DNA of 64,000 nt, taken from contig NC_091984.1 in assembly GCF_044704955.1 (NCBI RefSeq), positions 148,180,001 through 148,244,000 on the forward strand, written 5' to 3'. This stretch comes from Pristiophorus japonicus. Taxonomy: Eukaryota. Positions 51,687-64,000 of this stretch are shown here, in pieces. A program made the translations under genes and the position numbers. How positions within the stretch are numbered: the first letter of the stretch is position 1; every line of letters begins with the position of its first letter. Below the pieces are notes generated by a model. The model saw nothing but the letters and a program-made list of their open reading frames with translations. It ran no database searches and was not told the DNA's origin.

Positions 51687-53350
51687 TGAAGGGTTCCCAA
51701 AAATTCCCATGAGTCCCTCTCCCTGAAAATTAAAGAAAAGCTTCTCTTGGACTGTTAAAAATGAGCTTTGGATTTTTCAAGTGGGATCGAAGTTTTAAAA
51801 GGAAAATGGCAAAATTGGGCCAACCTCCTTGAAACCCCCTCAGTGTTTGCATTTTTTGAAAAGCAAATTCAAAATGGACCTAAATTACAGAAGCCTGAGA
51901 TCCCCTAAACATCTATGGGAAGGAGCATATCAATGTTAAGATTCTACAACATTTTGGCTGCGATAAAGAGTTACCGAATACAGGAGGTGGGGCTAACCTC
52001 TGTGAAGCAAATTCGTGTATTAAGGATTCCAGACTGTCTGGGGGAACTATGCAGCACCAATTCATCGCCAAAGAGACAATTAAATTACCAGCCATTATCT
52101 AAACTACAGAACTCATCCAAAATATGCAAGAAGCCAATTACCCAATCAACCACTGTGGAAATCATGGGCCCAACTGGATGGCCAGGAAACAGGACAATCC
52201 TAAAACAATACAAAACCAGTGATAGCACATTATCATACCCTAATCGAGTTACTGCTCACTAGCCCAACAAAAACACTGACAAAGTAAACATTTGAAAATC
52301 AAAGGACAGAACAGTTTAAACAAAGCCCAAGAACTGATTTGGCACGAAGATAAGAAAGCCTGTTTTAGTATAATTGAAGGCCTGTTCTGTCAGTTAAGGG
52401 TGCTTCTAGAGACACTATTAAGGTAGCAGTCTCGTGGCATAAGTTTAGCACCAGCCTCGAAAAGTGGGACCTCGAAACATCGACGAAAGGAATCTCTAAA
52501 ACCCAGAAGGACAGCACCATGACAGCAAACAGGCTTTCAAAACGACTATAGGAAAGTTTTGGACCTTCGCGACCAATCAAACAGTGAACCGGAACCAACC
52601 CGACAAAACCGAAGAAAATCCGAAGATTTTTCCACTCTACAAGCAGGTCCTCTGCTACCAAGGGGTAAAACATTACCTAACGGAACTTTTAAGACTACCC
52701 CGACCAAGGAAAAGTGAATATTCACCCCACAAGTCCAATACGCACTTTACCGCATCAGCGGACTCAGCCCAACTGAAGAAGTGACGCAGGTTGAAGTCCC
52801 CAACGAGGTCCAGGGTACAGACTACAGAACCCGGACAACTAAAGCGAACCCTAGAGTTTGGAACAGGACCAGGACAACTAAGGTGAACCCCGGAGTTGGA
52901 ACTGTCAAAAGGGAATTGGTGAGCATGGTCCCTGAAACCCCAGAGTTCTAACCTAGCTAGATAGTGGGTCTGGGAGGTTGGGGTTTTTTTCTTACTGTTC
53001 TTACCTGTTGATGTTCTTGTGTGTTTTCCCCTTCCAGGTTTAGTGCATAAGTATTTTGGGAGGTGGGTGGACAGTGTTCTTTTAATCTGTTATATGTGTT
53101 ATGTGTTCTTCCCAAATATAGATCATTTGAGTTGCCATTTCTCTCTATTTGTACCTGATTACTGTGATTATTAAAAACGTGCATTTTTACTCTGTTTGAA
53201 CACAATAAAACCAGTTTTCCATCCTACCCAACTGACTCTGTCTCAGTTTCTCACAACACCCAAATCAGTCCACAGTCTAAAATCCAGGGTGTGGGGCACT
53301 TCAAAAACGCCAAGGACTCAGAGGACCTAACAAAAACACCACCCTCTACA
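51687..53350 (+). mobile_element. 3' LTR of A (1.66 kb)
   Basis: TGAAGG..CTCTACA ends; AATAAA at 53204; homologous to the 5' LTR and the solo LTRs. Confidence 0.9.
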
Positions 53351-53499
53351 CTACAGAAATTGGCGAGCGCAGCAGGACCTCGGCGTTGGGAATAGGATTA
53401 CGGACACAAAACCAGGGCAAGAAGCCCGAGGGAGACTTGGTTACGTCTAAGGTCGGCTAAAGTAGTCGAAAATTATCTTCTCAAGGGTGGCTAGGATGA

Positions 53500-54140
53500 C
53501 CAGGAGATAAACAGTCTCGGACAGGCAGGAGTAATCTCGGGTCGACTAGGGTAACCACGGAGAAAAGAAGTCGCAGGTAGGCCTGCGCGGGGGTCTCAGG
53601 GAGACCATAGTATGCCCAAGGGCAGCTAGAGCAGCTAGCAGAGGAAGGAAACAGTCTTGGAAAGGCAGGAGTAATCCCGCGTTGACGAATGTAGCTACCG
53701 AGAAAGCCGCAGGCTTATTGCGAAGGGGTCTCAGGGAGGCCAAGGTAATCTCAAGGGGGACCAGGGTAGCCGAAGAGCTCCGGCTGACTAAGGCAGCCAC
53801 TGGGACAAGTAATCGCAGGTAGTCTGCGCAGGGGTCTCAGGGAGGCCAGGGATAATCTCACGGACAGCCAGGGCAGCCTGAGGAGAGAAACAGTCTCGGA
53901 TAGTATGGAGTAATCTCGGGTTGACTGAGGTAGTCACAGAGAAAAGTCAATATTGTCACGGGTAGTCTCAGGGAGGCCAAGGGTGATCTCAAGGGCGACT
54001 AGGGGACCAGGAGAGAAACAGTCTCTGACAGGCCGGAGTAGTCTCGGGTCGACTAGGGTAGCCACAGAGAGAAGCCAGAGTAACAGGAACCACAGGTCAC
54101 TGCGAGGTGGTCTCAGGGGACACCAAGGTAGTCAGGGAGA
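53500..54140. repeat. Imperfect 120-140-bp tandem repeats (about 5) in the leader of C
   Basis: Recurrent aaacagtctcgg..ggagtaatctcgggtcgactagggta..ggtctcagggaggccaagg. Confidence 0.75.
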
Positions 54141-56198
54141 ATTTCTCAGCCAGAGGCACTGGAATGGACTCACCGCAGAAAAACGTGGCAGAGTCCGCGG
54201 CTAGAGCAGTCGTAGGAAGTCCATGGAGGCTAAGGTAGCTGCATATATAGGCAACAAATTGGACATTTCAGGGCCATGGGCACGGGAAATACTGCACTCT
54301 GGGAATCCGCAGGAAAAAGCGACAGAGTGGACAGTCAGTAGTAACCACAAAGGGTCAAAAGAGAAGGAGGTTTGGCTCATGTGCCTGCAGAAGCAGACAC
54401 AACTGTTAAGAGAAAGGGTAGGAAAGCTGGAGGAGGAGAATAAAGGGTAAAAGGGCGAGGTCGGCAGTTTGGAGAAGGAAAGGCAGGACCAGGGTAGGAA
54501 AGAAGAAACGGCACGGAATCACTTTGAGTATTTACAATGCCAGGTGACCGAGTGCAAAAAGCAGCAGCAGACCCACAGTGAACAAAGTGAAAGGCATTTA
54601 GAAAGAGCCAAAGAGGCAGAGGACCAGCTCAGGAGAGTCGATAGCCTATCAGGTAGCCCAGAAACAGGGTTACGCAAGAGCGGATCACGGACCTTGTAAG
54701 GAAAAGATCCACCAGTCAATGGCAGAGTTAGACGGGACCAAAGGGATGGTTTGTCTCAGGGCACCTGGAACAGGCGAGGAAGATTGGGATCCAGAGGGGA
54801 AAGAGTCAGATGATGGGCCCGAGTATAGCGAGCATCGGCCGGCTCCCGAGGCACCGGGACCCCCGAAACCGATGTGTCCTTTGAGACAGCAGAAATTCGG
54901 CCCACCCCTCCAAATGGTGGTCCGGCACCATTACAGAGCGACTAGTGATCCCATACACACCGCTTCAGCTGCCGGAGATGCTGACGGGTGTGGTACAGTT
55001 AAAGCAAGGAGGAGATGTCTCTGTTCATTTTACTAATATAGAGCAGATAGCGGGTATCAATAACTGCAGCGAGGAGGAGAAAGTGAAGCTAACACTGCTC
55101 TCGCTGGAGGGGAAGCTTTATCAGAGCTTGTCGACAGCCACCAAGTTAGGTGCAGGAACCCCACAGGGCTTAAAGGAGCAAATGATGGCAGTGCTCGGGT
55201 ACAGTCAGGGTAGTCCGTTCTGGCAGGTAGAACAGACTAGGCAGCAAGTAAACGAATTGCCCGATACGTTTGCAGACAGACTGTGGGCGATTTATTTAAG
55301 GGCCGCTGGAGGAAATCTGGTACGAGCAGATTTAATAGGGGAACCCAGGGACCATTGGCTGAGAACCGTAATGGTAACAGTTTGCCACGGCTCAGAACAA
55401 AGGTTGAAGCATGGTTTGACCCAGACCATCTCCAGAATACAGAGGCAGGGGTGCTGAGAAGATTAACTCTAGCTTTAAGTCCAGGCAAGGGGAGGAGGAG
55501 AAACTAAACGGGAAGGTGCACGAAGTAAAAGGAGAGGTTAGGCCACAGAAAGAATGGAGACAAGAGGGAGGTAATGCGGGTCGATCTAAAGGCGAGTGTT
55601 TTAACTGTGGGAAGTTGGGACACTGGAGCAAGGATTGTAGGCTCTCTAAAGGAGGGAAGCCAGGGTACGAGGTGCTGAGGCAGGAAAAGGCCAGAAGAAG
55701 GTAGCCGACGACCCAGTGCAGGTTTTAGTGGCCGCATTACAGCAGGTTATGGGCATGGGTGGAGGAAAGCTGGACGCAGCAGTGGGAGAAAAGGGACCCA
55801 ATGTGTCGGCACCCCCCTGTGATGGTGTGCCCAGCCAGAATACCTGTGTCTGCTCATATATGATGGGTGGGGCAGCCCATGTGTGGATGTGAAGGTGGAA
55901 ACAGTTAGGGGAAGGGATCTAGTAGATACAGGAGCCACTAGCACGGTTGTCCACTCACCGAATCCGACCACTTCCCCGTGGTCGAGCGGAGTCCCATTTA
56001 CACTGGTGGGTTTTACGGCTAATGAGCAGGCTGGGGCAGTGTGGAAACCCTTAACCGTAGAGTTAGGACCGAACATAACGAAATGGGAGTTCTCGGGGCC
56101 GATTGCATGTTGGCGCACCATGCCATAGTGGATATGGAAAACAATTGTCTATGGGGAGCAGTTGATGCAGATAGGATGGGAGAGATCGTAGTGATTCC

Positions 56199-57389
56199 TG
56201 TAAGGTTCTGCAAAACCAACCATGGAGACATGTGGCAGGGAGAATGGGAAGATGCCATCATTGAAATGACCAACTGCAGCCAACAGCCTGTAAACCACGG
56301 AGAATGATAGGACTCTGGCCACCCTGTACAGGCAAAATCTCCGCAGTAATACACAAGACAACACAAAGGGTATCAGTTTGAATAATTAAACAAAGGCCCA
56401 CAGGTCTGATGCAATCAGTTTGGCCAGCCCAGACAGAGTGGCACTTCTGTCAAGATAGTGAACAATCATCTTCATTCCAGACAGATGGATACACATCGAA
56501 CTGCCATTCACACCCTATGAACAGACTATAAGAAAACCTGTAAAAACACACAAGGAAGTTGGAGAGGTTGGAGGTTTTGGAAGGTGGGAGAGATTTTGGA
56601 GAGGGGGGTGGTTTTGGAAGTTGGAGAGCTTGGGGCTTGGAGCTGGCAGCTTGCAGCTTGTATCTCGAGAGAGCTCTCTCTCCCCCTCGCTCTCGCTCCA
56701 CCAGAGGAAGAAGCAGCAGTTCCACAGACGAAGCCACCGAGACTGAAAACCAGCAGGCAGTGGCAGTGATTTCCCACAGCTGAGCTGAGCAAGGAAACCA
56801 ACCAGAGATTGGAGGTTGGAGTCAGCTTTTGGGAGTTGAGTCAGCTTTTCACAGGGCCCTCGCTCTGGGGAAGGTGTGCTTAACTCCAGCAGCTTTTTGC
56901 TTAGGAGCCAACCGAAAGGCAAAGAGAATAAACCGACGCAACATCGAGGAGGAAAACCGAACCGACCAACAATGTAAAACCCACCCCAGAGGGACCCCGA
57001 GCTGAAATAAGTGCCCCCAGAACCCCAGAGTTGATAGGATTGTGAGTGTAGCCCAAACCCCCTCACAGACACAATTTAGGACAGGAATTGGTAAGAAAGG
57101 TGGAAGTGGGAGGTGTGGTTGTGTGTGAGTGGAATGTTTTAGCCTCTTATTTTCCCCTTCCCTGTTGCGAGATTTTTCGTGTTGTTTAGTGAGATTGTGC
57201 CATTACTGCTATTTACGACCTCTTCCTATGCCCTCTATCTTGGTGTTTACTATTCTAAAAGAACAACATTAGCCATTTTGTACTTTTACCCACTGTGTCT
57301 GGTGCCTCATTACTCACCCATCCTCATAAATCCACGTACAGGACCCCAGGGAGTATGGAATCGAACCCATACCCCAAGCTCGCCTTACA
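56199..57389 (+). mobile_element. Solo LTR (1.19 kb) in the pro-RT linker of C
   Basis: TGTAAGG..CCTTACA inverted ends, TSD TTCC; removal restores VVIPRDSTDKGSIC. Confidence 0.92.
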
Positions 57390-57654
57390 TTCCCAGGGAC
57401 AGTACAGACAAAGGCAGCATCTGCACGAAGAAGCCGAAAGGGAGTTGTGACTTAGAGGGATTAGTCGATAACATTCCGGCCCGATATCAAGGGTATGTAC
57501 GGAAGAATATGGTTGCATTTGCCATGCACAAGCACGATTGCGGGAGAGTAACTGGGGTAGAGGTGAAGATAGACGGGGATCCAATGACACGGCCCCAGAA
57601 ACAGTATAATTTTCAATCTCTCCGGCCCAGAAAGGATACAACTGAAACTGTGGA

Positions 57655-57933
57655 GTCTCAGTAGTGCCCCTCCGACAGTGCAGCATTCCCTCAGCACTGC
57701 CCCTCCGACAGTGTGGCACTCCCTCAGTACTGCACCTCCGACTGTGCAGTGTTCCCTCAGTACTTACCCTCCGACAGTGCAGCAGTGCCTCAGTACTGCC
57801 GCTCCGACAGTGAAGCACTCCCTCAGTACTGCTCCTCCGACAGTACGGTGCTCCCTCAGTACTGCCACTCCGACAGTGCAGCAACCCCTCTGTACTGCCC
57901 CTCTGACAGTGTGGCACTCCCTCAGGAATGCGC
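57655..57933 (-). repeat. 33-bp SINE-derived array (about 8 copies), inverted paralog of 22114-22490
   Basis: Same unit on the minus strand; shares the first-unit variant tcctgaggg and the terminal actgaga. Confidence 0.9.
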
Positions 57934-59368
57934 TGTTTACTCTTGACTCTAATGTACTGACTTACATGAGACACATGCTGAAGTCAAGGTCACTCAGGAC
58001 CTGCACCTTTAATTCTAGCTCTCCAGTGCTGCACTTGCCTGAGACCTCCCTTTATATAACTCAGTGGGACAGGTATGGAGTGTCTCCTGCAAGTACACCC
58101 CTGGTGGTAAGGTATGCTTATTGTTACAGGTCATATCCAGTTACAGTCATGTATAGCATGGTAAGATACAGTTATATACAGTAATGTGAGATACATAATA
58201 TCACCCTCCCCCAAGGTCTTATTGCCTTTATAGATTCAGGCTCTCAGGTGGTCTACGCTCGAGCGTGGAGCATCTTAATTGTGGTTCAGTTGTTTGCCTT
58301 GGTGCCTGTTTTTCGTTCGGTGTGCTTGCTGGTATCTCGCCTGGACTGTCTGTTTCATTCAGTATGATAGCTGGTATCTCACCTGGGCTGTCTGTTGAGA
58401 CTGCCCTTTCCTCAGGTTGTTCCCTCTGTCTGTCCACCAGGCATGGTGTGAGTTCCACATTGTCGTCTGCTTCTGGGTCTGCAGTGTTGATGGTGAATCT
58501 ACTTTTGACTTGGTCTACATGCCTCCGGCAGGTTTGGCCATTGTCCATTTGTACCACCAGCAGCCTGTTTCCCTCTTTGTCTGTTACTGTCCCTGCAAAC
58601 CATTTGGGACCCCGGCCATAGTTTAGCACAAACACTTTGTCCCCTATCTCATTCCACCTCCCCCTCGAATTTCGGTCATGGTACTCAGTTAGCTATTGAC
58701 GCTCAGCCACAACAATTTCATGCATGTCTGGGAGGATCAACGAGAGCCTGGTCTTTAAGGTTTGTTTCATCAATAGTTGCGTGGGGGGAACCCCAGTCAA
58801 CGAATGCAGATGAGATCTGTATGCCAGCAGCAGTCGCGACAGGCGGCTCTGCAGCGTGGGACCTTGGATTCCGAGCATGCCTTGTTTAATGATCTGCACT
58901 GCTCGCTCCTCCTGCTCATTGGAGGCCGGCTTGAAGGGTGCCGTCTTAACGTCATTTATACCGTGGTTAACTATAGAATCGTGAAATTCTGCGCTGGTGA
59001 AGCATGGACCATTATCACTGACCAATATGTCAGGAATGCCGTGCATTGCAAACATGGTTCTGAGGCTCTCCACAGTGGTGGAGGTGGTGCTCGAGTTTAA
59101 AATGGTGCACTCGATTCATTTTGAAAATGCATCAACGACTACGAGGAACATTTTGCCCATGAATGGACCCGTATAGTCTACATGCACCCGCGACCACGGT
59201 TTGGTAGGCAAGGGCCAGGAGCTTAGGGGGGCCTCCCTGGGGGCATTACTGAGTTGGGCACAAATGGTGAACCGACGGACGCAGAGTTCCAAGTCCGCGT
59301 CAATGCCAGGCCACCAGACATGAAATCTGGCTATGGCCTTCATACGAATGATCCCTGGGTGCTCGCGA
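57934..59368 (-). mobile_element. Gypsy (family of G) 3' remnant: integrase, PPT, LTR 57934-58200
   Basis: KPWSRVHVDY..SDNGP..; LTR homologous to 44900-45166. Confidence 0.92.
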
Positions 59369-62300
59369 TGGGTATTTTTGTGATTGGAAGGCTGTTTCCA
59401 GTGGGGTTCCGCAGGGCTCAGTACAAGGTCCCTTGCTTTTTGTGGTATATATCAATGATTTAAAGTTGAATTTTGCAGGTATGATAAAGAAGTTTGCAGA
59501 TGCTACTAAAATCGGCCTTGTAGTTAATAATGAAGAAGATAGCTGTCGGCTGCAGGAATATATCAATGAAATGGTCAGGTGGCAAATGGAATTTAATCCA
59601 GAGAAGTGTGAGGTAATGAATTTGAGGAGGGCTAATAAGGCAAGGGAATACACATTAAATGGTAGGACACTGAGAGGTGTGGAGGAACAAAGGGACCTTG
59701 GTTTGCATGTCCACAGATCCCTGAAGTTAGCAGGCCAGGTAGATGGGTTTTTAACGACAATCTGGCAGTTTCATGGTCACCATTACTGACACAAGCTTTT
59801 TATTCCAGATTTATTTAATTAACTGAATTTAAATTCCCCAGCTGCCGTGGTAGGATTTGAACTCATGTCTCTGGATCATTGGTCAAGACCATAGTAGTCC
59901 ATTGCTTTGTCAAAGAGCCAACACAGGTTTGATGGGCCGAATTGCCTCCCACTGTGCTGGGAGATGCTGTGATTAAGGAGCGGGGCTCCAGCTAGCGTAG
60001 GCAATGTGGGTTCAAGGGTTGAAACCTGGGGTTTGGGTGGAGCCCATATAGATGTACCACAAGGGGGCGCTACAGCATCGATTGATCCAATTATTGGCAG
60101 CGGGGAAACCGGGGATGGAAATAGATTCAATAAAATGTATGCTGCGACTTTTAAAGTGGTCAACACCACCAGCACGATCATAGAATCATAGAAAATTACA
60201 GCACGAAAGGAGGCCATTTTGGTCCATCGTGTCCGCGCCGGCCAACAAAGAGCTACCCAGCCTAATCCCACTTTCCAGCTCTGGGTCCGTAGCCCTGTGG
60301 GTTACGGCACTTTAAGTGCACATCCAAGTACTTTTTAAATGTGATGAGGGTTTCTGCCTCTACCACCCTTTCAGGAAGTGAGTTCCAGACCCCCACCACC
60401 CTCTGGGTGAAGAATTGTTTCCTCACCTCCCCTCTAAACCTTCCACCAATTTCTTTAAATCTATGCCCCCTGGTTGTTGACCCCTCTGCTAAGGGAAATG
60501 GGTCTATTCTATCCACTCTCTCTCGGCCCCTCATCATTTTATACACCTCAATAAGATCTCCCCTCAGCCTCCTCTGTTCCAAGGAAAACACCCCCAGCAG
60601 ATCCAATCTTTGTTCATAGCTAAAATTCTCCAGTCCTGGCAACATCCTCGTGAATCTCCTCTGTACCCTCTCGAGTGCAATTATATCTTTCCTGTAATGT
60701 GGTGACCAGAACTGCATGCAGTACTCTAGCTGTGGCCTAACTAGTGTTTTATACAGTTCAAGCATAACCTCCCTGTTTTTATATTCTCTACCTCGGCTAA
60801 TAAAGGCAAGTATTCCGTATGCCTTTTTAAGCACCTTATCGACCTGGCCTGCTACCTTCAGAGATCTGTGGACATGCACTCCAAGGTCCCTCCATTCCTC
60901 CACCCCTCTCAGTACTCTCTCATTTATTGTATATATTCCCTTGCCTTTTTGCCCCTCCCCAAATGCATTAGAACAAGGCTGCAGTTAGAGCAGCCTTTCC
61001 ACCCACTGACAGCACTCACTGAGTCTGACTCATGGCATCGATCAGCTGGACATTGATCTGGAAACACCAGCCCCCTGGTGAGGGAATCAAGGCTCTGATG
61101 CGACTGATAAAAGTCAAGATGAGATTGCGGAGAGGTACACAGCTGCTGCTGGACACAATGAACAGGAGGAGACCATTCAGCTTCTCGAGCCTGTTCCCCC
61201 ATTCAATCAGATCACGGCTCATCTGTATCTGAACTCCAACTACCCGCCTTGGTTCCACAAGTTCCAAGGCCCATACTCTCTAGAGTTTAGAAGAATGAGA
61301 GGGGATCTCATTGAAACCTACACAATTCTGACAGGGCTGGACAGGGTAGATGCAGGGAGGATGTTTCCTCTGGCTGGGGAGTCTAGAACCAGGGGTCACA
61401 GTCTCAGAATAAGGGGTAGGCCATTTAGGAATGAGATGTGGAGAAATTTCTTCACTCAGAGGGTGGTAAATCTCTGGAATTCTCGACCCCAGAGGGCTGT
61501 GGAGGCTCAGTCCTTGAGTATATTCAAGACGGAGATCAATAGATTTTTGAATATTAAGGGAATCGAGGGATATGAGGACAGTGCAGGAAAGTGGAGTTGA
61601 GGTGGAAGATCAGCCATGATCTCATTGAATGGCGGAGCAGGCTCGAGGGGCCGAATAGCCTATTCCAGCTCGGGAGGGGCGGAGGGGATGGGAGGGGGGA
61701 GGAGAGGTGTGTGAGGTAGGGGTGCAGGAAGGTTGGGAGGGAGTAGTGGGTGAGGGATAGGGGTGTTGGAATAGCAGGGAGGGATGGTGAGGGAGGGGTG
61801 TGAGGAGGGCGGGAGTGAGGGAGGGGAGGAGAGGGAGGGAGGCCGGGGTGCAGCTCGTTGGTGGTAGGGGGGAGAGTAGTGACAGACATTGGCTTCCGGT
61901 CAAACAACACCTTGATTTTTTAAATTCTCATCCTTGATTTCAAATCCCTCCATGACCTCGCCCCTCCCTATCTCTGTGATCTCCTCCAGCCCCACAACCT
62001 CCCGAGATGTCTGTGCTCCTCCAATTCTGCCCTCCTGAGCATCCCTGATTGTAATCGCTCAACTATTCGTGGCCGTGCCTTCTGTTGCCGAGACCCCAGC
62101 TCTGGAACTCCCTTCCCTAAACCTCTCCGCCTCTCTACCTCTCTTTCCTCCTTGAAGACACTCCTTAAAACATCCCTCTTTGCTCACCTACACTAATTTC
62201 TTCTTATGTGACTCGGTGTCAAATTTTGTATCTCATAATACTCCTGGGAAGTGCCTTGGGACGTTTCACTATGTTAAAGGCGCTATATAAATACAGGTTG

Positions 62301-64000
62301 TTGTTGTTGAATTGAGGCAAAATCTGGTATTCTGGATGTCGCCGCTCCTTTTAACGCTCTCTCCAAAGCACGCACAGCAAATGTAACGCCCCTATTTAAA
62401 AAAGGAGGCAGACAGAAAGCAGGAAACTATAGACCAGTTAGCCTAACATCTGTCATTGGGAAAATGCTGGAGTCCATTATTAAGGAAGCAATAGCAGGAC
62501 ATTTGGAAAAGCATAGTTCAATCAAGCAGAGTCAGCATGGTTTTATGAAAGGGAAATCATGTTTGACAAATTTACTGGAATTCTTTGAGGATGTAACGAG
62601 CAGGGTGGATAAAGGGGAACCAGTGGATGTGGTGTATTTGGATTTCCAGAAGGCATTCAATAAGGTGCCACATAAAAGGCATAAGATAAAAGTTCACGGG
62701 GTTGGGGATAATATATTCGCATGGATAGAGGATTGGCTAACTAACAGAAAACAGAGAGTCAGGATAAATGGGTTATGTTCCCGTTGCCAAACGATAACTT
62801 GTGGGGTGACACAGGGATCGGTGCTGGGGTCTCAATTATTTACAATCTATATTAATGACGAAGGGACCGAGTGTAAAGTAACCAAGTTTGCTGGGAGGAC
62901 AGAGGCACCAACATTAGCGTCCTCGACCAGGCCAACATCCCCAGCATTGAAGCACTGACCACACTTGATCAGCTCCACTGGGCAGGCCACATTGTCCGCA
63001 TGCCAGACACGAGACTCCCAAAGCAAACGCTCGACTCGGAACTCCTTCACGGCAAACGAGCCAAAGGTGGGCAGAGGAACGTTACAAGGACACACTCAAA
63101 GCCTCCCTGATAAAGTGCAACTTCCCCACTGACACCTGGGAGTCCCTGGCCAAAGACCGCACTCAGTGGAGGAAGTGTATCCGGGAGGGCGCTGAGCTCC
63201 TCGAGTCTCATCGCCGAGAGCATGCAGAAATCAAGTGCAGGCAGCGGAAGGAACGCGCGTCAAACCTGTCTCACCCTCCCTTACCCTCAACAACTATCTG
63301 ACCCACCTGTGGCAGGGACTGTGGTTCTCGTATTGGACTGTTCAGCCACCTAACGACTCATTCTCAGAGTAGAAGCAAGTCTTCCTCGATTCCGAGGGAC
63401 TGCCTATGATGATGGGTGGGAAAGCACATTGTGAGCAGGACAGAAAAAATCTGCAAAGGGATATAGACAGGCTCAGTGAGTGGACAAAATGTTGGGAGAT
63501 GGAGTATAATGTGGGAAAATGTGATGTAATCCACTTTGGCATAAAGAATAGGAAAGCAGTTTATTTTTTAAATGGAGAAAAAATTGCAAACTGTTGCAGT
63601 AGAGAGGCACCTGGGGGTCCTTGTGCATGAAACACAAAAAGTTAGTATGCAGGTACAGCAAGTGATCAGGAAGGCAAAGGGAATGTTGCCCTTTATTGCA
63701 AGGGGGATGGAGTATAAAAGCAGAGAAGTCCTGCTACAGGGTATTGGTAAGACCCCCTGAGAACCCCCACACCCGATCGCCCAGGTTCCCCCCCCCCCCC
63801 AGTTCCCACAAGGTCAGCCCCTGATCACTCCCCCTGGTCTCCCCTCCACCCACCCCCCAGCCCACTAATGACCCCCGACTCCCCCAGGAGCTGGAGCATC
63901 ACTGCGGAGCTCTCCTCAGGCCGACATAACCGTGCTGGGTAACATTCACACACACACAGACACACCTACAGTCAGTGCTGGGTTACAGTCTCACACACAC
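59367..64000 (-). repeat. Right arm of an inverted segmental duplication of about 12.2-16.5 kb (CR1/L2/RTE mosaic, satellite)
   Basis: Same TE fragments in the same order with the same junctions, on the opposite strand; continues beyond the window end. Confidence 0.95.
60057..60072 (+). promoter_or_regulatory. Candidate CTCF site (forward orientation)
   Basis: CCACAAGGGGGCGCTA on the plus strand, paralog of 15787-15802. Confidence 0.6.

Larger units (their letters stand above)
35540..53350 (+). mobile_element. Endogenous lokiretrovirus-like provirus A (LTR-gag-pro-pol-env-LTR), with nested insertions
   Basis: Homologous LTRs starting TGAAGGGTTCCC at 35540 and 51687, PBS, and all retroviral domains in canonical order. 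Confidence 0.85.
53351..57612 (+). mobile_element. Loki-like element C: PBS-like site at 53361, repeat-rich leader, gag (54223-55822), protease, RT start; 3'-truncated
   Basis: MEAKVAAYI..VWLMCLQKQ, MCPLRQQKFG, CFNCGKLGHWSKDC, LVDTGAT, HKHDCGRV..RPQKQYNF. Confidence 0.88.

Noticed and set aside
52584-52784. Similar short peptides in two LTRs (FPLY..TASADS.QLK; also 29292-29516)
   Set aside because: Explained by nucleotide homology of the LTRs; no start context or evidence of codon-level constraint.

Overview
Eukaryotic, TE-dense DNA from a cartilaginous fish (shark/ray), inferred from the nurse-shark NS4-type Ig kappa sequences and SacSINE/DeuSINE repeats. (1) 48-8593 is an Ig kappa light-chain cluster. 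Its V and J are already joined with no RSS, but out of frame and with Cys23->Tyr, and the C exon is intact. (2) The 3' flank (about 11.1-16.5 kb, plus the array at 22.1-22.5 kb) is mirrored as an inverted segmental duplication at 57.7-64 kb, which predicts a second, tail-to-tail kappa cluster just right of the window. Three short non-TE islands are nearly identical between the arms and carry strong CTCF motifs in a divergent, boundary-type orientation. (3) The centre (22.5-59.4 kb) is a nested pile of LTR elements: ordinary Gypsy elements, solo LTRs, MITEs and at least four copies of a retrovirus-like lineage. That lineage has a coiled-coil Gag, a UGA gag-pol junction, YVDD RT, dual RNase H, long LTRs, 4-bp TSDs and a spliced env. 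It best fits lokiretroviruses, but its Env carries an N-terminal immunoglobulin-like domain ahead of a furin-cleaved fusion protein, seen in two divergent copies. This is the most novel signal. All retroelement ORFs are defective. Coordinates and identities were read by eye.
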